In this document: one piece after another, positions 1 to 8,028 of the stretch
How the letters are laid out: every line of letters begins with the position of its first letter
Position numbering within the stretch: the first letter of the stretch is position 1
Notes under the pieces: model-generated
Databases searched by the model: none
What the model saw: only the letters and a program-made list of their open reading frames with translations
Told to the model about the DNA's origin: nothing
Position numbers and translations under genes: made by a program
Origin: a virus
Taxonomy: Duplodnaviria; Caudoviricetes
Reading direction: 5' to 3' (one strand)
DNA: 25,235 nt
Virus record (IMG/VR): IMGVR_UViG_3300017777_001407
Location: 1-25,235 of that record

Positions 1-1
1 G

Positions 2-253
2 GAACTAAAAGAAAAGTTCGAGCAAGCCGACAAGATCAAAGAAGTGCTTGGCACATACTTTGAGAAGGAAGATCTTGAGGTGGGTATCGTTATCTCTGTG
101 CTGATGAGTATGTTGGTGGGTATCTTAAAAGATACAGGCACACCACCGCACCATGCGATTCTGATGTTTGGAACCTTGGTTGCCAAGAGTTATGAAGAAG
201 ACGATGAAGAAGATGAACCTAATGAGAAAGGAGTAGCACAATGGCTAAATTAA
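2..253 (+). CDS. hypothetical phage protein, 5'-truncated, acidic C-terminus
   Basis: Frame is open from base 2 (ELKEKFEQADKIKEVLG...) to TAA at 251-253 and overlaps the next gene start. Confidence 0.6.
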   Translation, partial: ELKEKFEQADKIKEVLGTYFEKEDLEVGIVISVLMSMLVGILKDTGTPPHHAILMFGTLVAKSYEEDDEEDEPNEKGVAQWLN

Positions 254-1506
254 CTGCCGAACAACGCATCGAGAGATGCCATGTCCAAATGATGAAGCAC
301 AAGAACTTTTGTTTGTTCTCAGGCTTGTTTATGATTGGTAAGGTCAGCGTGTTGGACAAAGAGTTGCCGTTCACCGCACAAACTAATGGACTTGATGTAG
401 TGTATGGTCGTGGCTTTGTCGATAGTCTGAATGACAAGCAGTTGTCGTTTCTTATACTGCATGAGAATATGCACAAGGCTTATCGGCATCTGATTGTGTG
501 GGAGAAACTATACAAGGAGAACGCTGTTCTTGCGAACATGGCGTGCGACTATGTGATTAACTTGCAGATCCACGACTACGATACGCAACAGGAAGTCACC
601 GAGTTCCCGACTACACCTGATGGTAAGAACCTTGGTTGTCTTGATGAAGCATATCGTGGCATGGATGCACACCAAGTCTTTCTTGAACTTGTGAAGAAGC
701 ATGGCAAGAACGCAGGCAAGAAGAAGGTCTATGTCATTGGTCAAGGTGGTCAGCCATCTGATGGTAATGACGAAGGCGAGGGTGAAGGCTTACCCGAAGG
801 ACTTGACGAACATGATTGGGAAGGTGCTCAAAGTATGACTGAGCAGGAGAAGGAAGCCCAAGCCAAAGAGGTCGAGTCAGCCCTGCGTCAAGGATCTATT
901 CTCGTGGGTAAGATGGGTGGCAATGTGGATCGCAACATCAGCGAGATGCTCGTGCCCAAGATAAATTGGAAGGATGCTCTGCGTGAGTTCGTGAAGTCAG
1001 TCACCCAAGGCAAAGACCAAACAACATGGCGTAGGCTACACAAGAGATATATAGCCTCAGACATCATTATGCCGAGTAGTTATGACGAGAAGGTAGGCGG
1101 TATCGTCATTGGCATTGACACATCAGGGTCTATCGGAACTGAGGAACTTACTCAGTTCTTGTCCGAGGTGAAGTCTATCTGTGATGAGGTCAGCCCTGAA
1201 AAGATTGATGTGTTGTATTGGGATACTCATGTGGCATCACGAGAAACATATCAGAACAACGAGTTGTCTAACTTGGTTGAGTCTACCAAGCCTGCGGGTG
1301 GCGGTGGGACTGAGCCTGCCTGTGTACCCAAGTATATGCACAAGCATGGCATCAAAGGCGAGTGTCTGCTCATGCTAACTGACGGCTACATCCCTGATCA
1401 GAACCCAAGTAATTGGCAGATTGATATGCCTGTGTTGTGGTGTGTTAAAGGCAACAATCACTTTAACGATACTAAAGTAGTAGGAAAGGTGGTGCATGTT
1501 GAGTAA
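241..1506 (+). CDS. DUF2201-type putative metallopeptidase with C-terminal VWA domain
   Basis: 421 aa with SD AAGGAG upstream. HExxH (HENMH) followed by ANMACDYVIN, an acidic Gly-rich linker, then MIDAS motif DTSGS, GGGT and LTDG. Confidence 0.85.
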   Translation: MAKLTAEQRIERCHVQMMKHKNFCLFSGLFMIGKVSVLDKELPFTAQTNGLDVVYGRGFVDSLNDKQLSFLILHENMHKAYRHLIVWEKLYKENAVLANMACDYVINLQIHDYDTQQEVTEFPTTPDGKNLGCLDEAYRGMDAHQVFLELVKKHGKNAGKKKVYVIGQGGQPSDGNDEGEGEGLPEGLDEHDWEGAQSMTEQEKEAQAKEVESALRQGSILVGKMGGNVDRNISEMLVPKINWKDALREFVKSVTQGKDQTTWRRLHKRYIASDIIMPSSYDEKVGGIVIGIDTSGSIGTEELTQFLSEVKSICDEVSPEKIDVLYWDTHVASRETYQNNELSNLVESTKPAGGGGTEPACVPKYMHKHGIKGECLLMLTDGYIPDQNPSNWQIDMPVLWCVKGNNHFNDTKVVGKVVHVE

Positions 1507-1690
1507 TCAGAAAAGGGTAAATGTCTCAATTAACCAAGAGACAATGGACTCACTAAGAGAAGTGCGGGATAGGCTATCTGGGGAACTAGGTTTCCCCCTA
1601 ACCTATGCTCAAGCAATACAACATTTAATCAACGCACAAATAAAGGCTCAGTCTTTAAATGTGCACACACAAGGAGAAGCAAATGAATAA
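1496..1690 (+). CDS. small putative ribbon-helix-helix DNA-binding protein
   Basis: 64 aa, overlapping both neighbours. KRVNVSI alternating strand followed by two amphipathic helices. Confidence 0.5.
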   Translation: MLSNQKRVNVSINQETMDSLREVRDRLSGELGFPLTYAQAIQHLINAQIKAQSLNVHTQGEANE

Positions 1691-2570
1691 CTCAATTAGT
1701 ATCGGCTCATCAGCCATGTTGGTAGAACTCAGCATCCGTAGTTGGACAGGTCGCAAGTTAGACAAGAGTGTATCTGCCGAGATTGATGTGGCTAAGAACA
1801 CGAAGACCTCGGTGGTCAATGCGAACAAGAACTTGATGGCAGGCACAGGTGTGCTTGACAAGATCATTAAGTATGCAGCCAATGCACGAGCATGGCACAT
1901 TTCGCAGACGCTACCATGGACTGACAACGGCTCACGCTTATTGCCTATGTCTAACTTCATGGTATACAAAGATCAGTTGGGCAAGATGGAAGAAGGCTAC
2001 AACGCATTAGTCGATAAGTTCATTGATGCGTATCCAAATCTCATTACTGCCGCTGCGTTTCAATTGGGTGATCTATTCGAGAGAACAGAATATCCTCAGA
2101 TCCATACGCTTAAACAACGCTTTGCTTTTAACTACAACTTCTTCCCTGTCCCCAACGCAGGAGACTTCCGCATCGACATCAACGAAGAAGCCAAAGCCGA
2201 GATCATTGCGAACTGCAACAAGGCTTACGAAGACAGACTTAATAACGCAATGCGTGATGCTTGGGAAAGGTTGAAGGATTGCCTGACCCGCATGAGTGAT
2301 CGCTTGGTTGTTGAGGTGGTCAATGACGAGAAAGGTAATCCAAGCCAAGAGTTCCGTGTGTTTCGGGATAGCATGATTGACAACGCCAAGGAATTGGTTG
2401 ATATGTTGCAACACTTAAACCTGACCAAAGATCCTATGATGGAACAGGCAAGGCGGAGTCTCAAGTATGTGCTAGACAAGTATGATGCTGAGACTTTGCG
2501 TGAATCGTTTACTGCACGCACAGATGCCAAGGCACAAGTAGATGCAATCCTTAACAAGATGAGTTTCTGA
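1683..2570 (+). CDS. DUF3150-like phage protein
   Basis: SD AAGGAG at 1671-1676 favours ATG 1683 over 1659. Motifs LVELSIRSWTGRKLD, TLPWTDNGSRLLP, FERTEYP and HLNLTKDP resemble the family usually found beside phage VWA/MoxR genes. Confidence 0.65.
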   Translation: MNNSISIGSSAMLVELSIRSWTGRKLDKSVSAEIDVAKNTKTSVVNANKNLMAGTGVLDKIIKYAANARAWHISQTLPWTDNGSRLLPMSNFMVYKDQLGKMEEGYNALVDKFIDAYPNLITAAAFQLGDLFERTEYPQIHTLKQRFAFNYNFFPVPNAGDFRIDINEEAKAEIIANCNKAYEDRLNNAMRDAWERLKDCLTRMSDRLVVEVVNDEKGNPSQEFRVFRDSMIDNAKELVDMLQHLNLTKDPMMEQARRSLKYVLDKYDAETLRESFTARTDAKAQVDAILNKMSF

Positions 2571-2571
2571 T

Positions 2572-3459
2572 ATGGTAAATATTGATAAAACAAATCTCAA
2601 ACAAAAGCACAAGGATGCTGAGATGCACCCAAACCTTCTTGGTTATGTGACTGAGGTTGAACTAATCAAACCGACCTGCGACTTTTTTGTGAATGACGAG
2701 TGTGTGCAGACGGGTTGGCGAAGGGACGACTCAGGTAATACTGAAGACTACAAGCAGATATATCGTGTCAATGTCAGAGAAGATGGCGAGACCATCGGGT
2801 TCTTGTCTATCGTAAGACAGTATCGCAATGGTGCTAACGAAGATGTGTTCGGTGTGGGTTCGTTTCGTATTAACAAGTCACGAGGTAGAGGTGATGAGAC
2901 AACGACCAAGCACTTGAAGGTTGCCTTGCGTAATGTCAAGAAGTTGATGGTAGGTAGGGACTACACCGAGTTAGCCGATCTTATTAAACATAATGTGGCT
3001 AACTCAATCCATAGTCTTATTCATCATACTAAAAACCATGTCAAGTGGGGGATTGAGCAAGAGGAGTTGGCAATAGACTATGCTCTTCTTGCATACCACG
3101 CAAGAAACAATGGGATGGATAGCGTGGTGCTACCTGCTAACGAGAAGAAGTATGGTCGTAGAAAAGAACTTGATAAAGAAATTGCTAAGTATATTGAGGT
3201 GCAAACTTTGCATGACATGATTGCCAAGAAGCAAGGGTATGGTGTGCAAACTTTTTCAAATGGTTCTTATGCGGTATATAACTTTAGCAACAACAGCATA
3301 AAGAAGTATAAGACTACGGAAGAACTACCAAGCGACATAATGATCCGACTACCCATGTTCAAGGTCATGCAAATGGAAGAAGTAAATGTTGCATTTGGTT
3401 GTATGGTAAAGGCGGACATGTATTTCATCGTAAGTGGTGAACTAAAGATGGAGTCCTGA
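2572..3459 (+). CDS. hypothetical phage protein
   Basis: 295-aa ORF starting 1 nt after the upstream stop; no recognisable motif. Confidence 0.75.
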   Translation: MVNIDKTNLKQKHKDAEMHPNLLGYVTEVELIKPTCDFFVNDECVQTGWRRDDSGNTEDYKQIYRVNVREDGETIGFLSIVRQYRNGANEDVFGVGSFRINKSRGRGDETTTKHLKVALRNVKKLMVGRDYTELADLIKHNVANSIHSLIHHTKNHVKWGIEQEELAIDYALLAYHARNNGMDSVVLPANEKKYGRRKELDKEIAKYIEVQTLHDMIAKKQGYGVQTFSNGSYAVYNFSNNSIKKYKTTEELPSDIMIRLPMFKVMQMEEVNVAFGCMVKADMYFIVSGELKMES

Positions 3460-3465
3460 TATACT
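3457..3465 (+). promoter_or_regulatory. extended -10 sigma70-type promoter
   Basis: TG-A-TATACT. The predicted start near 3471 coincides with the 5' end of the first hairpin. Confidence 0.55.
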
Positions 3466-3470
3466 ATTTA

Positions 3471-3651
3471 GCGAACTGTTCTCCTTGAATTAGTTCGTTT
3501 GTAATGCCGTGAGTATTGCCTAACAGATGTGATCTCATGGCGTCACCGCAAGGTGAGCATCTCCCCAACGCAAGTAGGATGCGGAATCTGTTTTAGCCTA
3601 CAAAAGTTTTGTTCATATCAGTTCCTAGCCCCTCTTCGGAGGGGCTTTTTT
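3471..3651 (+). ncRNA. candidate structured small RNA (about 180 nt)
   Basis: Bounded by promoter and terminator. Stems 3470-3478/3491-3499, 3504-3513/3534-3543, CACC-GCAA-GGTG 3544-3555 and 3557-3562/3577-3582, plus a pseudoknot AACAGAT 3522-3528 / ATCTGTT 3586-3592. Confidence 0.6.
3627..3651 (+). terminator. Rho-independent terminator
   Basis: AGCCCCTC-TTCG-GAGGGGCT followed by a T tract. Confidence 0.92.
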
Positions 3652-3653
3652 AT

Positions 3654-3690
3654 TGTGCACATTTCAAGATCGGGTCTTTATTTGTGCACA
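3654..3690. repeat. tandem palindromes TGTGCACA (putative operators)
   Basis: TGTGCACA at 3654-3661 and 3683-3690, with a third copy at 1660-1667. Confidence 0.5.
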
Positions 3691-3726
3691 TAGGGTAAGT
3701 CCTAATAAAAATAATTTACCAAGCAC

Positions 3727-3754
3727 TTGCTTTTCTTTGGCGACATACTATACT
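3727..3754 (+). promoter_or_regulatory. putative sigma70 promoter of the replication operon
   Basis: TTGCTT 3727-3732, 16-nt spacer, TATACT 3749-3754, with AT-rich sequence upstream. Confidence 0.5.
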
Positions 3755-3788
3755 GTGTCAATAAGTAGTAAATAAACAAGGAAAACAA

Positions 3789-4091
3789 ATGACGCCTGAA
3801 GCGAAAGTTAAGGCATCGGTAGTCAAGATACTCAAAGACTACGGTGTCTATTATTTCTTCCCTGCCACCCACGGCTATGGTCGTAGCGGTGTGCCCGATA
3901 TTATATGTTGCTACATGGGTGCGTTTATTGCCATCGAGTGCAAGACCATCAAGGGCAAACTAACTGCATTGCAATAGCGAGAGATACTACGGATAAGGCG
4001 AGCAGGCGGTCAGTCTTTTGTAGTCAACGAAGATTTGCTTGACGACTTGAAATTATATTTTGCGTCCTTTGACGAAGATGGGCGGGGCTAA
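3789..4091 (+). CDS. VRR-NUC domain nuclease interrupted by one in-frame TAG (3975-3977); readthrough, nonsense allele or sequence error
   Basis: PE..VK, GYGRSGVPDII, AIECK and TALQ precede the TAG. After it the same frame continues REILRIRRAGGQSFVVNE...DEDGRG to TAA 4089-4091, the expected VRR-NUC C-terminus (100 codons in total). Confidence 0.8.
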
Positions 4092-4157
4092 ATGTTCACC
4101 CCGATGACCGTTTTTGTGCGTTGTTTGATGACCGTTACAACAAAGAAGGATTAGTCC

Positions 4158-4538
4158 ATGCTTAAAAAATTATGTCATGACCAAGTAAAAATTTTGCTTG
4201 AACGGATGGATACCAACCCCGAAGAATTTGCCGTAGTGGAGGGTAAATGGGATGAGTTTATGCCAAATCGTTCAAGGTTTAATACCTTTACCAAAGTTGA
4301 GCAGTATTTAATTCGTCAAAAATTTACAAAAATAATAAAAAATATCGAGCGTCAAGAAACATATGACGCAATACTTGAAACGCTTGTGTTCAAAGAAGAA
4401 GCAAAAGCCAAAACCAAACGCCATTACTCGACTTCAAATCACCCTGTGCTTGGGACACCTCCGATTATTTATGAGGCTTCGGTCGATACAAAGACAGGAA
4501 AAGTAAAAGAAATAATAAGAGAGTGGGCAAAGCCTTGA
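4158..4538 (+). CDS. hypothetical phage protein
   Basis: 126 aa, SD AAGGA at 4146-4150; stop overlaps the polymerase start. Confidence 0.7.
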   Translation: MLKKLCHDQVKILLERMDTNPEEFAVVEGKWDEFMPNRSRFNTFTKVEQYLIRQKFTKIIKNIERQETYDAILETLVFKEEAKAKTKRHYSTSNHPVLGTPPIIYEASVDTKTGKVKEIIREWAKP

Positions 4539-6367
4539 ACATACTAACCATAGACTTTGAAACATACTACGCAGTGGACTTCTCGTTGACTAAGTTGACG
4601 ACAGAAGAGTATGTGCGTGATGATCGCTTTGAGGTGATAGGTGTAGCCGTCAAACAAAATGATGGCGAACCACAATGGTTTAGCGGGACAGGGGAAGAAG
4701 TTTGTGGATTTCTTCGGAAGTTTGACTGGGACAACTCCTTCGCTTTAGCCCACAATGCTATGTTCGATTCAGCGATTCTCAGTTGGACATTTGGTATTAA
4801 GCCGAGAGCTTGGTTTGATACCCTATCTATGGCACGAGCATCAGATGGTTTAGACGCTGGCAATAGTCTTGCAAAGTTAGCCCAAAGGTATAACTTAGGG
4901 GTCAAAGGCAATGAGGTAATCGACGCCAAAGGCTTACGCAGAGCCGACTTTAGCCATAATCAACTAGATAAATACGGTGAGTATTGCAAAAACGACGTGG
5001 CTTTAACCTATGATTTATTTCAGACCCTACTACCTCGGTTTAGCCTGCATGAGTTAAAGCTGATTGATTTGACACTCAGGATGTTCTATGACCCTGTGTT
5101 GTTTTTAAACACACCTTTGCTTGAGCAACATTTGATGCAAGTCAAAGCCCGCAAAGACAAACTACTTGCTGCTTGTGTAGCAGATAAAGATACGCTGATG
5201 AGTAACCCCAAGTTAGCCGACTTACTTATTAGTCTTGGGGTTGAGCCACCAATGAAGGAAAGCCCTGCTAATGGTAAACAAACATACGCTTTTGCCAAAA
5301 ATGATGAAGGATTTAAAGAACTTGCCGAGCACCCTGATGAACGAGTACAGGCGATTGTTGCTGCTCGCTTGGGCACGAAGTCTACCCTTGAAGAAACCCG
5401 AACAGAGCGTTTTATTGCGATCTCTAAGAGAGGCAGAATGCCAGTACCACTTAGGTATTATGCCGCCCATACGGGGCGTTGGGGTGGTGACGATAAGCTT
5501 AACCTTCAAAACCTTCCAAGAAAATCATTACTTAAAGAAGCGATCGTAGCCCCTGACGGATATGTATTAATTGATGCCGACTCTAGTCAGATTGAAGCAA
5601 GAACAGTCGCATGGCTATCAGGACAGAACGACTTAGTGACAGCCTTTGAGGAGAAGCAGGATGTATACAAAATCATGGCATCGTCTATCTACGGAAAGAC
5701 GCAAAATGAAATCACGGATGGCGAGCGGTTCGTGGGTAAGACAACAATCCTCGGTGCGGGGTATGGCATGGGTGCTACCAAGTTTGGGATACAACTCAAA
5801 ACTTTTGGGGTGGAAATTGATGATGCGGAAGCGACTCGGATTATACAAGTCTATCGTGACACATACCCCTACATACCTAAACTTTGGAAGGAAGCTAACA
5901 GTTCCCTTGATGCCCTCAGAACTAAAAAGACTGCACAGGTTGGGTGTCAAGCGCAGGCACTTACCCTTACGCAAAATGGATTTCTACTCCCAAGCGGGTT
6001 GTATTTAAACTACCCTGATTTGCAAAAAGACGAAGACGAGCAATACTCATATGCAAGCCGACGTGGTCGTATAAAGATTTATGGTGGTAAAGTTATTGAA
6101 AATGTGTGCCAAGCGTTGGCTCGGTGTATCATTGGCGAACAAATGTTACGCATTGCAAAGCGTTATCGTGTAGCATTAACGGTGCATGATGCTGTAATGG
6201 CAGTTGTACCTGAAGGGCAAGAGAAAGAAGCATTGCTGTATATCAATGAGTGTATGCATTGGCGACCCTCTTGGGCTACTACTTTGCCTCTTGCTTGCGA
6301 ATTAGGTATGGGTAAGAGCTACGGGGATTGCAGTAAAAAGCAATCTATTGAGAAATGGGATATTTAA
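4535..6367 (+). CDS. polA: phage DNA polymerase, family A, with 3'-5' exonuclease domain
   Basis: Exo motifs DFET, HNAMFD and YCKND; polymerase motifs DSSQIEAR (A), RFVGKTTILGAGYG (B) and TVHD (C). Likely start TTG 4535 overlapping the upstream TGA (GTG 4523 is an alternative). Confidence 0.95.
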   Translation: MNILTIDFETYYAVDFSLTKLTTEEYVRDDRFEVIGVAVKQNDGEPQWFSGTGEEVCGFLRKFDWDNSFALAHNAMFDSAILSWTFGIKPRAWFDTLSMARASDGLDAGNSLAKLAQRYNLGVKGNEVIDAKGLRRADFSHNQLDKYGEYCKNDVALTYDLFQTLLPRFSLHELKLIDLTLRMFYDPVLFLNTPLLEQHLMQVKARKDKLLAACVADKDTLMSNPKLADLLISLGVEPPMKESPANGKQTYAFAKNDEGFKELAEHPDERVQAIVAARLGTKSTLEETRTERFIAISKRGRMPVPLRYYAAHTGRWGGDDKLNLQNLPRKSLLKEAIVAPDGYVLIDADSSQIEARTVAWLSGQNDLVTAFEEKQDVYKIMASSIYGKTQNEITDGERFVGKTTILGAGYGMGATKFGIQLKTFGVEIDDAEATRIIQVYRDTYPYIPKLWKEANSSLDALRTKKTAQVGCQAQALTLTQNGFLLPSGLYLNYPDLQKDEDEQYSYASRRGRIKIYGGKVIENVCQALARCIIGEQMLRIAKRYRVALTVHDAVMAVVPEGQEKEALLYINECMHWRPSWATTLPLACELGMGKSYGDCSKKQSIEKWDI

Positions 6368-6549
6368 TGGACGGCAAAGTGGAGTATTCAGATTTTTATT
6401 TACATGCATCTAAAGAAATTAAAGCGGCTCATGATGCGTTAGTAGCAAACAAATTTCAACAAGCGTATGACCACTGCTTAAATGCTCAAGTCGAGATTCG
6501 GTTGATGAGTGGAGCGGTAAGAACTTGGATACCTGTGGAGGAAGAGTGA
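6367..6549 (+). CDS. small hypothetical phage protein
   Basis: TAATG stop/start overlap with the polymerase; helical 60 aa. Confidence 0.6.
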   Translation: MDGKVEYSDFYLHASKEIKAAHDALVANKFQQAYDHCLNAQVEIRLMSGAVRTWIPVEEE

Positions 6550-6740
6550 AAAAGTTACCCTGCTTAACTACTAGCGAAATCAACAAAGAAATAGGACTTA
6601 TGTTGACAAGTAAATTTATTCTTGAGAAGTTAAAAGTTAAGCCTGTTCACTACACAAAAACAAGCTATCTTTGGGAAGACGCTGACGAGATTCGTATTAA
6701 GTTAGCTAAGTATTTAATTGATTCAATAGGGAAAAAATAA
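6546..6740 (+). CDS. small hypothetical protein
   Basis: GTGA overlap with the upstream stop and GGAGG upstream. Confidence 0.55.
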   Translation: MKKLPCLTTSEINKEIGLMLTSKFILEKLKVKPVHYTKTSYLWEDADEIRIKLAKYLIDSIGKK

Positions 6741-7169
6741 GTGGTACGGAAACCATTTGAACAAGATCTTTTTGATGAGTTTGATGCCCCTGCAAAACAG
6801 GCGATAGCAAAGCATATTGAAAATGTATTTGATGTAGTAGTAATGCCAAACCCTGATCAGTACGGTATTGATCTTTTAATAATAAAAAACGATAAAGTTT
6901 TGGGGTCGGCAGAAGTAGAAGTTAGACAGTGGATTGAGTGTAGGTTTAGCACAATCCATGTATTGCAAAGAAAGCAGAAGTATTTTAGTGATCGCACCCT
7001 GTTCTTTGCTTTGGCAAAAGATTTAAAAAGTGCTCATTGGATTGAAACTAACAAAATAGATAGACATCCTTTGATTGAAGTTAGTAATTACAAAGTAGCA
7101 AGTGGAGAGTTATTTTTTGATGTTCCTATTAATGAATTTGTACGCATAGAACTGGAAACAAATGCCTGA
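6741..7169 (+). CDS. putative PD-(D/E)XK-fold nuclease-like protein
   Basis: 142 aa; DQYGIDL...AEVEVR resembles a restriction-endonuclease-like core with ExE in place of ExK. Confidence 0.5.
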   Translation: MVRKPFEQDLFDEFDAPAKQAIAKHIENVFDVVVMPNPDQYGIDLLIIKNDKVLGSAEVEVRQWIECRFSTIHVLQRKQKYFSDRTLFFALAKDLKSAHWIETNKIDRHPLIEVSNYKVASGELFFDVPINEFVRIELETNA

Positions 7170-7836
7170 CTTTACTTGGTCTTACTCGTCTCTTGGGATG
7201 TTCCAACAGTGCCCCAAAAAGTATTATCACTTACGGGTGGTTAAGGATGTTGTTGAGCCTGAAACCGAGCATTTGACCTACGGCAAGATGGTGCATGAAG
7301 CGGCTGAGAAACACATCAGAGATGGTGAGCCGGTACCGGAGAAGTTCTCATTCCTTACACCAGTATTGGATGTGCTTAAGGACATACCCGGCCGAAAGCT
7401 TTGTGAACACAAAATGGGTTTGACTGAAGATTTAGAGCCATGCGGGTTCTTTGATAAAAATGTTTGGTTTAGAGGCGTAGCCGACTTAGTCATTATTCAG
7501 GATAACTTGGCACATATTGTTGACTACAAGACAGGCAAGAGCAGTCAGTATGCTGACACTAAACAGCTTGAACTTATGGCATTGTGCGTATTCAAACACT
7601 TCCCATTGGTTGAGCGAGTCAAAGCAGGGTTGGCTTTTGTGGTATGCGAGGACTTCGTGCGAGCCCATTACATCAAACATGACTCACCAGAGAAGTGGCT
7701 TACTTGGGTTCAAGAAACAGATAAGTTAGCTGCGGCACATGATAACAATGTATGGAACGCAAAGCCGAACTTCACATGCAAGAAGTTCTGCCCAGTAAAA
7801 GATTGTGAACACAATGGAAAAGGACACTATAGATGA
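7162..7836 (+). CDS. Cas4/RecB-like PD-(D/E)XK exonuclease
   Basis: WSYSSL..F.QCP, G..VH, RGVADL, IVDYKTG, QL..MA and C-terminal C...CP...C (1+3 Cys arrangement). Confidence 0.9.
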   Translation: MPDFTWSYSSLGMFQQCPKKYYHLRVVKDVVEPETEHLTYGKMVHEAAEKHIRDGEPVPEKFSFLTPVLDVLKDIPGRKLCEHKMGLTEDLEPCGFFDKNVWFRGVADLVIIQDNLAHIVDYKTGKSSQYADTKQLELMALCVFKHFPLVERVKAGLAFVVCEDFVRAHYIKHDSPEKWLTWVQETDKLAAAHDNNVWNAKPNFTCKKFCPVKDCEHNGKGHYR

Positions 7837-8027
7837 TTGGTGATGATGATTTAAGGGATTGCTTTGCGATGTTTGCTTTGCTAGGTATTATATTTGCGCA
7901 CAAAGGAGAAGATTCAGAATCAGCTTCGTTGACCGCTTATAAGTATGCAGATGCCATGATGGAAGCACGCATTAAAAGAGAACCTGAAGTAGGGATTGTT
8001 GCAGTCAAAACAAGGAGAAGAAAGTGA
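7833..8027 (+). CDS. small conserved phage protein (LRD.FA...AY..ADAM..AR type)
   Basis: ATGA overlap; pattern common in small phage proteins. Confidence 0.7.
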   Translation: MIGDDDLRDCFAMFALLGIIFAHKGEDSESASLTAYKYADAMMEARIKREPEVGIVAVKTRRRK

Positions 8028-8028
8028 T

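Noticed and set aside
3500-3600. Known self-cleaving ribozyme or tRNA in the structured RNA
   Set aside because: No CUGAnGA/GAAA hammerhead core and no twister L4 consensus. An HDV-like reading lacks a convincing P1. No cloverleaf or T-loop.
4092-4154. 20-codon ORF ending in TAG in frame with the next gene, and a 10-bp repeat GATGACCGTT (4103-4112, 4127-4136)
   Set aside because: No clear SD, the downstream gene has its own SD, and two short copies are insufficient evidence.
7162-7836. CRISPR-associated cas4
   Set aside because: No repeat-spacer array or other cas genes; stand-alone Cas4-like nucleases are routine in phage replication modules.
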